Position numbers and translations under genes: made by a program
Assembly: GCA_902569735.1 (NCBI GenBank)
Contig: CACFVE010000002.1
Span: forward strand, 3,730-67,729
Direction: 5' to 3'
Source of the DNA: an uncultured Pelagibacteraceae bacterium
Lineage (GTDB): Bacteria > Pseudomonadota > Alphaproteobacteria > Pelagibacterales > Pelagibacteraceae
DNA length: 64,000 nt
In this document: in pieces, positions 57,549 through 64,000 of the stretch
How positions within the stretch are numbered: the stretch's first letter is position 1
Layout: every line of letters begins with the position of its first letter
The notes under the pieces: generated by a model
What the model was told of the DNA's origin: nothing
Databases searched by the model: none
The model's input: only the letters and a program-made list of their open reading frames with translations

Positions 57549-60221
57549 ATGGAATTTAATAGCAAAAATTCTTTTAAATCTTTAGATACAATTTCATCTT
57601 CAGGAAAAGAATATAAGATTTTTAATTTAGTTAAGGCAGAAAAAAATGGTTTGGAGGGTATTTCTAAACTTCCAAAGTCATTAAAAGTATTGTTAGAAAA
57701 TCTATTAAGATTTGAGGATAATGCAACAGTTGATAAGAAACAAATACTAGCAATAAAAGAATGGCTTAAGAATAAGAAATCTACTACTGAAATAGCATAT
57801 AGGCCTGCGAGAGTTTTAATGCAAGACTATACTGGCATACCTGCGGTAGCTGACTTAGCTGCGATGAGAGATGCTGTTAAAAATAAAAATAAAAACCCTG
57901 AAACTATTAATCCGTTATCTACAGTTGATTTAGTAATTGACCACTCTGTAATGGTCGATGAGTATGCATCAGGTAATTCATTTTCAAAAAATGTTGAACG
58001 AGAATTTTTAAGAAATGGAGAAAGGTATTCATTTTTAAAATGGGGACAAAAAGCTTTTAATAATTTTAGAGTAGTTCCGCCAGGAACAGGTATATGTCAT
58101 CAAGTTAATTTAGAATATTTGTCAAAAGTAGTATGGTCCACAAAAAGTGGTAAAAATTTATATGCTTATCCTGACACATTAGTTGGCACAGATAGTCATA
58201 CTACTATGGTTAATGGATTATCTGTTTTAGGTTGGGGAGTAGGCGGGATAGAAGCGGAAGCCGCAATGCTGGGTCAACCTATTTCAATGTTAGTACCAGA
58301 AGTAGTAGGAGTTGAACTTAAAGGAAAACTAAAAGAAGGCACAACAGCAACTGACTTAGTTTTAACAATAGTTGAGATGCTAAGAAAAAAAGGTGTAGTA
58401 GGAAAATTTGTAGAATTTTACGGTGAAGGGTTAAAGAACTTAACTCTAGCAGACAGAGCAACTATTGCAAACATGGCTCCAGAATATGGCGCAACCTGTG
58501 GATTTTTTCCTGTAGATAATGAAACTTTAAAATATTTAAAATTATCTGGAAGAAACGAAGAAACAATATCTTTGGTAGAAAAATATTCTAAAGCACAAGG
58601 GCTTTGGGCAAGCGATGATGTTCTTTTTACAGAAAATCTTTCTTTAGATGTGAGCACTGTTGTTACAAGTATTTCAGGTCCTAAAAGACCGCAAGATAAA
58701 GTATTATTAACGAATGCCTCATCTTCTTTTGCTAAAGTTTTTAAAGAAAATACAAAAAGAAACAAGGCAATAAAAACTCAAGTTGAAGGCAAAGATTTTA
58801 AAATACAAGATGGAGATATAGTTATTGCAGCCATTACCTCATGTACAAATACCTCTAATCCAAGCGTTTTGTTAGGAGCAGGACTTTTAGCAAAGAAAGC
58901 TTTTGAAAAAGGATTAAAAGTGAAACCATGGGTTAAAACTTCTTTAGCACCTGGATCTCAAGTGGTTACTGATTATTTAGAAAAAGCTGGTTTAAATAAA
59001 TACCTAGATGAATTAGGTTTCAATTTAGTTGGATATGGTTGCACAACTTGTATCGGAAATTCTGGACCATTAAATAAAGATATATCTAAGGCAATTAATA
59101 ATAAAGATATATACGCAGTATCAGTTTTGTCAGGAAATAGAAATTTTGAAGGTAGAATTAATCCAGATGTGAAGGCTAATTACTTAGCTTCACCTCCATT
59201 AGTTGTTGCATATGCTTTAGCTGGAAACATGAATTTTGATTTGTACAATTCGCCTTTAGGAAAAGATAAATATGAAAACGAAGTTTATCTTAAAGATATT
59301 TGGCCTAGCAATAAAGAAATCGAAGATTTAATGATGACATCTCTGAATTCGGACATGTTCAAGAAAAGATATGCAAATGTATCAGAAGGGCCAAAAGAGT
59401 GGAGAGAAATAGATACTGACGATAGTGATATTTATAATTGGGAAGAGAATTCGACTTATGTTAAAAGACCACCTTTTTTTGACAATTTACCAGATAAGCC
59501 TGAAGGCTTTAAACAAATTAAAGATGCAAGAATTTTATTATTGCTTGCTGATACTGTAACCACAGATCACATTTCTCCAGCAGGAAGCATTAAAAAAGAT
59601 AGTCCAACTGGCGATTATTTTATGAAAAATCAAATTCAAGAAAAAGATTTTAACTCTTATGGAGCTAGAAGAGGAAATCACGAAGTCATGATGAGAGGAA
59701 CATTTGGAAACATTAAGATTAGAAACGAAATGGCCCCTGGAACAGAAGGTGGTTTTACAACTCTTCAGCCAGAGGGAAAGATTTTGAGTGTATACGATGC
59801 TGCAATGGAATACAAAAAAAGAAAAATTGATTTAGTTGTAATAGCAGGAAAAGAATATGGAACTGGATCTTCTAGGGATTGGGCTGCAAAAGGCACTAAA
59901 TTACTTGGAATAAAAGCTGTATTAGCAGAAAGTTTTGAGAGAATTCATAGATCAAATCTAGTTGGAATGGGAGTTTTGCCACTTCAATTTAAAGAGGGTT
60001 TTGATCGAAAAAAACTTAATATCACAGGAGAAGAACTTATTACTGTTATAGACATTGAACAAGGAATAAAACCTAGAGCTGAAGTTACCTGTGAAATTAA
60101 ATATAAAGATGGCACAATTAAAAAGATCCAAGTGCTAAGTAGAATTGATACCAAAAATGAGATTGAGTATTATAAAAATGGAGGAATACTGCAGTACGTT
60201 TTGCGCAACATGTTGAATTAA
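57549..60221 (+). CDS. acnA: Aconitate hydratase A
   Basis: [45 protein letters not shown] and [10 protein letters not shown] motifs. Confidence 0.97.
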   Translation: MEFNSKNSFKSLDTISSSGKEYKIFNLVKAEKNGLEGISKLPKSLKVLLENLLRFEDNATVDKKQILAIKEWLKNKKSTTEIAYRPARVLMQDYTGIPAVADLAAMRDAVKNKNKNPETINPLSTVDLVIDHSVMVDEYASGNSFSKNVEREFLRNGERYSFLKWGQKAFNNFRVVPPGTGICHQVNLEYLSKVVWSTKSGKNLYAYPDTLVGTDSHTTMVNGLSVLGWGVGGIEAEAAMLGQPISMLVPEVVGVELKGKLKEGTTATDLVLTIVEMLRKKGVVGKFVEFYGEGLKNLTLADRATIANMAPEYGATCGFFPVDNETLKYLKLSGRNEETISLVEKYSKAQGLWASDDVLFTENLSLDVSTVVTSISGPKRPQDKVLLTNASSSFAKVFKENTKRNKAIKTQVEGKDFKIQDGDIVIAAITSCTNTSNPSVLLGAGLLAKKAFEKGLKVKPWVKTSLAPGSQVVTDYLEKAGLNKYLDELGFNLVGYGCTTCIGNSGPLNKDISKAINNKDIYAVSVLSGNRNFEGRINPDVKANYLASPPLVVAYALAGNMNFDLYNSPLGKDKYENEVYLKDIWPSNKEIEDLMMTSLNSDMFKKRYANVSEGPKEWREIDTDDSDIYNWEENSTYVKRPPFFDNLPDKPEGFKQIKDARILLLLADTVTTDHISPAGSIKKDSPTGDYFMKNQIQEKDFNSYGARRGNHEVMMRGTFGNIKIRNEMAPGTEGGFTTLQPEGKILSVYDAAMEYKKRKIDLVVIAGKEYGTGSSRDWAAKGTKLLGIKAVLAESFERIHRSNLVGMGVLPLQFKEGFDRKKLNITGEELITVIDIEQGIKPRAEVTCEIKYKDGTIKKIQVLSRIDTKNEIEYYKNGGILQYVLRNMLN

Positions 60222-61726
60222 TGAGAAATATTATAGTTAAAGTTCATCCATCAAAATCTAATTTAAAAAAAAAAGACCAACTTGCTTGGAAAATTGCAGA
60301 GATAGCATCAGATAAAGCTAAAATTAATAAAGATGCAGTTGAAATGGTTATCAATAGAATAATTGATAATGCTTCGGTTGCAATTGCGTCTTTTAATAGA
60401 AAACCAGTAGTTTCCGCGAGGGAGATGGCTTTAGCGCATCCTAGGAAAAATGGAGCTAATATCTTTGGATTAAATCCAAAAATTAAAGTTAATTGTGAAT
60501 GGGCTGCCTGGGCAAACGGAACCGCAGTAAGAGAATTAGATTATCATGATACATTTTTAGCTGCTGACTATAGCCATCCAGGAGACAATATTCCTGCAAT
60601 ACTTGCTGTGGCACAGCAAAAAGGTTGTAGTGGGCTAGATTTAATTAAAGGAATTCTCACAGGATATGAAGTTCAAGTTAATTTAGTTAAAGGAATTTGC
60701 TTACATGAACATAAAATAGATCATATAGCTCATTTAGGTCCTAGCGTTGCAGCTGGGTTAGGAAGCTTGTTAAGACTTAAAACAGATATAATTTATCAAG
60801 CTGTTCAACAATCCTTACATGTTACTGTGTCAACAAGACAATCTAGAAAAGGTGAAATATCTAGCTGGAAAGCTTTTGCTCCAGCACATGCTGGTAAGCT
60901 TGCTATAGAGGCAGTAGATCGTTGTATGAGGGGTGAGGGAGCACCTAGTCCGATTTACGAGGGTGAAGATAGTGTTATTGCATATGTTTTGTCTGGACCA
61001 GGTAAAAAATATGTAGTTCCATTACCAAGAGTTAATGAAACAAAAAAAGCAATTTTAGAAACTTATACCAAAGAACACTCTGCTGAATATCAGTCTCAAG
61101 CTTTAATAGATCTTGCTAGATCTTTGAATAAAAAAATCAAAAATTTATCTGATATTAAAAAAATTATTATAGAAACAAGTCATCACACTCATTACGTGAT
61201 TGGAACGGGAGCAAATGATCCTCAAAAAATGGATCCCTATGCAAGCCGGGAAACACTAGATCATTCCATCATGTATATATTTGCTGTAGCCTTAGAGGAC
61301 GGAGCTTGGCATCATGTAAAATCTTACACTCCTCAAAGAGCCAGAAGAAAAAGCACGGTTAGACTTTGGCATAAAATAGTGACCCGAGAGAATAAAAAAT
61401 GGACTAAAAAATATCATGACTCAAATCCAAAAAATAAGTGTTTTGGTGGTAAAGTTATTATTCGTATGAAAAATGGATTAACAATAACTGAAGAGATTAA
61501 TGTTGCTGATGCGCATCCCGCCGGGAAAAGACCTTTTGGAAGATTACAATATATTAATAAATTTAAAACGTTAACGAATGGCATTATATCAAAAAATGAA
61601 TCTAAGCGTTTCTTAAAAACTGTACAAAATTTGAAAAATCTTAAACCCAAAGATCTAATTGGCTTGAATATAGAGGTGATTCCAAAAGCAAAAAGCAGAT
61701 TGATTAAGAAAAAAACCATATTTTAA
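60221..61726 (+). CDS. prpD: MmgE/PrpD family protein (2-methylcitrate dehydratase-like)
   Basis: [34 protein letters not shown] and AHPAG motifs; coupled to acnA. Confidence 0.88.
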   Translation: MRNIIVKVHPSKSNLKKKDQLAWKIAEIASDKAKINKDAVEMVINRIIDNASVAIASFNRKPVVSAREMALAHPRKNGANIFGLNPKIKVNCEWAAWANGTAVRELDYHDTFLAADYSHPGDNIPAILAVAQQKGCSGLDLIKGILTGYEVQVNLVKGICLHEHKIDHIAHLGPSVAAGLGSLLRLKTDIIYQAVQQSLHVTVSTRQSRKGEISSWKAFAPAHAGKLAIEAVDRCMRGEGAPSPIYEGEDSVIAYVLSGPGKKYVVPLPRVNETKKAILETYTKEHSAEYQSQALIDLARSLNKKIKNLSDIKKIIIETSHHTHYVIGTGANDPQKMDPYASRETLDHSIMYIFAVALEDGAWHHVKSYTPQRARRKSTVRLWHKIVTRENKKWTKKYHDSNPKNKCFGGKVIIRMKNGLTITEEINVADAHPAGKRPFGRLQYINKFKTLTNGIISKNESKRFLKTVQNLKNLKPKDLIGLNIEVIPKAKSRLIKKKTIF

Positions 61727-61916
61727 AAGCTCATAAATACCTCCATTTAGACTAGGGATGTTGTAAAAAAGCAACACAAAAACGTTGATTTTATTGAAAT
61801 TTTAGACACAATCAATACTAGAAGACACGTTTTTAAGTGGACAGACTAATAAAAATTAATTACCTATATTGTCACGATCGTAAAACTATAAAGAATTAAA
61901 TTAGGAAGTATATACT

Positions 61917-62615
61917 ATGAAAAAACTTATAATTACAGTTCTGACAACTATAATGTTCATTGGAACATCAGCATATGCTGGAAGCATCCAAATAGGAACA
62001 AAAGTTTCTCACGCATTTATAGAAGCAGACGGTAAAGAGGTAACTACTGCAGGTACTGTTACAGGTGGATCAGCTAATACTAATACAGCATCAGTTGATA
62101 ACGTTGCAACAATAGCAGGTGTTTACGCAGAATACAGTTTAGATAGTTCAATGTGGGGCCAAGATGGTAATGAAATTACTTTTGGAGGTACTTACTACTT
62201 TGGTGAAGCTGACGTAAGTGACAAACTTTCTTCAAGATCAGAAACAGCGGAAGACGCTGCGGGAAGCGGATCTTCAGGATCAGTAACTTATTCAGCTAAC
62301 GCAGAAGTACAAGACTATATAAATTATTATGTTGAAATGCCACTAACAGGCCCATTATTTGCAAAATTAGGATTTTCGCAAATTGATGTAATCACTAAAG
62401 AGGACGCAGATCACGAAGGTTCTTACGGTGACGCGACGCTTGACGGAGTCAATTACGGGATTGGTATCAAAGGCATGTATGGTCCTGTGCATTTAAAACT
62501 TGCATATGAAGCAACAGACTGGGATGAACTAAGTCTTACTTCAAGTACATCTAACAAGGTTACTGCTGATTTAGACGTTGATGAAATAGCTCTATCTGTT
62601 GGATATAGATTTTAA
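61917..62615 (+). CDS. Outer membrane beta-barrel protein
   Basis: Signal peptide ending AYA; alternating beta-strand patterns; C-terminal SVGYRF (BAM signal). Confidence 0.8.
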   Translation: MKKLIITVLTTIMFIGTSAYAGSIQIGTKVSHAFIEADGKEVTTAGTVTGGSANTNTASVDNVATIAGVYAEYSLDSSMWGQDGNEITFGGTYYFGEADVSDKLSSRSETAEDAAGSGSSGSVTYSANAEVQDYINYYVEMPLTGPLFAKLGFSQIDVITKEDADHEGSYGDATLDGVNYGIGIKGMYGPVHLKLAYEATDWDELSLTSSTSNKVTADLDVDEIALSVGYRF

Positions 62616-62639
62616 ATAATTTAAATTATTTTTAAAAAT

Positions 62640-62669
62640 TAAACCCGCCTTTTTGGCGGGTTTTTTTTT
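62640..62669. terminator. Bidirectional intrinsic terminator
   Basis: AAACCCGCC-TTTTT-GGCGGGTTTTTTTTT between convergent genes. Confidence 0.9.
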
Positions 62670-62684
62670 ACCTTTAAAAAAACT

Positions 62685-64000
62685 TTATGCAGCTTCTTCT
62701 CTATATTCATCCATGGAAGGACATGAACATACAAGATTTCTATCCCCATAAACATTATCCACTCTAGCAACTGGAGCCCAGTACTTATATTCTTTAAGAT
62801 AAGTTTTTGGAAAAGCAGCTTCTTTTCTTGAGTATGAATGTTTCCATTCATCTGATGATAGTTCTAAATATGTATGGGGAGCATTAATTATTGGGTTATC
62901 TTTTTTATCATATTTGCCAGAGTCAATTTTATCTATTTCATCTTTAATACTTAATAAAGCATTACAAAATCTATTAATTTCTTCTAAATTCTCACTCTCT
63001 GTTGGTTCGATCATAATAGTTCCTGAAACCGGCCAAGACATTGTAGGCGCATGATAACCATAGTCGATCAGTCTTTTAGCAATATCTTCTTCTGAAATAC
63101 CTGATTTTTCTTTAATAGGTCTTATATCAATGATGCACTCATGTGCTACATTGCCATTTTTTCCCGTGTATAAAATTTTGTATTTTTCTGATAATTTTTT
63201 TGCTATATAATTAGCATTTAGAATTGATATTTCTGATGCAGCTTTCAAACCTTTTGATCCCATCATTTTAATATACATCCAGGAAATAACTAAAATACTA
63301 GCACTTCCCCATGGAGCAGCTGAAACAGACCCCATGCTCTTGTCAGATTTTAATTCATTTAGATGTTGGTGATTTGGTAAAAAATCTTTTAAATGTTTAG
63401 CACAAGCTATCGGTCCCATACCTGGACCACCTCCTCCGTGAGGAATACAAAAAGTTTTATGCAAATTAATATGACATACATCTGGTCCAAATTTACCAGG
63501 TTTTGCGATTCCTACTAAAGCATTTAAATTTGCCCCATCCATGTAAACTTGACCACCATTTGAATGAACGATATCACAAATTTCAGTTATTTTTTCCTCG
63601 AATACTCCATGAGTGGAAGGATAGGTAACCATAAGAGCAGCTAGATCTTTAGAATATTTTTCTGATTTTTTTTTCAGGTCTTCTAAGTCGATATTTCCAT
63701 TATCATCACAATTGACAACAATTACTTTCATTCCTGACATTTGAGCGCTAGCAGGATTAGTTCCATGAGCAGAATTAGGTATTAAACAAACATTTCTATT
63801 AGATTGGTTATTATTTTTGTGAAATTTTCTTATTGTCATTAGACCCGCATATTCGCCTTGAGCACCAGAATTAGGTTGTAAAGAAACTGCATCAAATCCA
63901 GTAATCTCTTTTAGGTCATTAATTAAATCATTAAATAAAATTTGATATCCTTTCATTTGATTTACAGGCACAAAAGGATGAGGTTGAGAAAATTCTTTCC
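62685..64000 (-). CDS. gcvP: Glycine dehydrogenase (decarboxylating) P protein, 3' part
   Basis: Frame is open to the window edge; [28 protein letters not shown] and [13 protein letters not shown] motifs. Confidence 0.97.
   Translation of the reverse strand, partial: KEFSQPHPFVPVNQMKGYQILFNDLINDLKEITGFDAVSLQPNSGAQGEYAGLMTIRKFHKNNNQSNRNVCLIPNSAHGTNPASAQMSGMKVIVVNCDDNGNIDLEDLKKKSEKYSKDLAALMVTYPSTHGVFEEKITEICDIVHSNGGQVYMDGANLNALVGIAKPGKFGPDVCHINLHKTFCIPHGGGGPGMGPIACAKHLKDFLPNHQHLNELKSDKSMGSVSAAPWGSASILVISWMYIKMMGSKGLKAASEISILNANYIAKKLSEKYKILYTGKNGNVAHECIIDIRPIKEKSGISEEDIAKRLIDYGYHAPTMSWPVSGTIMIEPTESENLEEINRFCNALLSIKDEIDKIDSGKYDKKDNPIINAPHTYLELSSDEWKHSYSRKEAAFPKTYLKEYKYWAPVARVDNVYGDRNLVCSCPSMDEYREEAA

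Noticed and set aside
1790-62851. Numerous 60-115 aa ORFs antisense or out of frame to long genes (e.g. 1790-1978, 6966-7211, 21185-21724, 28301-28633, 33615-33941, 58418-58765)
   Set aside because: They are shadow ORFs of well-supported genes, with no motifs or independent signals.
62685-64000. Glycine riboswitch associated with the gcv operon
   Set aside because: Only the 3' part of gcvP is present; any leader lies outside the window.

Overview
Very AT-rich, densely packed alphaproteobacterial DNA. The gene content, tiny intergenic spacers and a SAM-V riboswitch point to Candidatus Pelagibacter (SAR11); this assignment is an inference. Core content: the mreD tail, mrdA-rodA-bactofilin, metY under a tandem SAM-II/terminator/SAM-V leader, soxBDAG, a dimethylglycine dehydrogenase-like gene with etfBA and ETF-QO, a thiol/redox cluster (cysE, two msrB, ccdA, grxC), two branched-chain amino acid (Liv-type) ABC systems, azlCD, csiD/glaH with tctCBA, proC, acnA-prpD, an outer-membrane beta-barrel gene and the 3' part of gcvP. 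Three items stand out. (1) A 39-aa ORF with 11 Cys (32804-32923), absent from the ORF track, lies directly upstream of cysE. It is apparently leaderless, has a perfect inverted repeat over its Cys-Cys-Cys codons and a Fur-like box upstream, so it could be a metallothionein-like peptide or a cysteine-sensing attenuator. (2) A ~9.5 kb accessory island (18573-28059) lies between etfA and ETF-QO. It encodes only predicted exported proteins, including a TPR-trypsin protease, a caspase-like C14 protease, an LPP20-like lipoprotein, a DUF4384-like protein and a SHOCT protein. (3) That island is bracketed by four paralogues with a conserved 5' leader (one pair is 120/124 nt identical) and divergent bodies, suggesting cassette shuffling. 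I saw no tRNA, rRNA, CRISPR array, integrase or transposase. Family calls come from motif recognition by eye; no database search was run.
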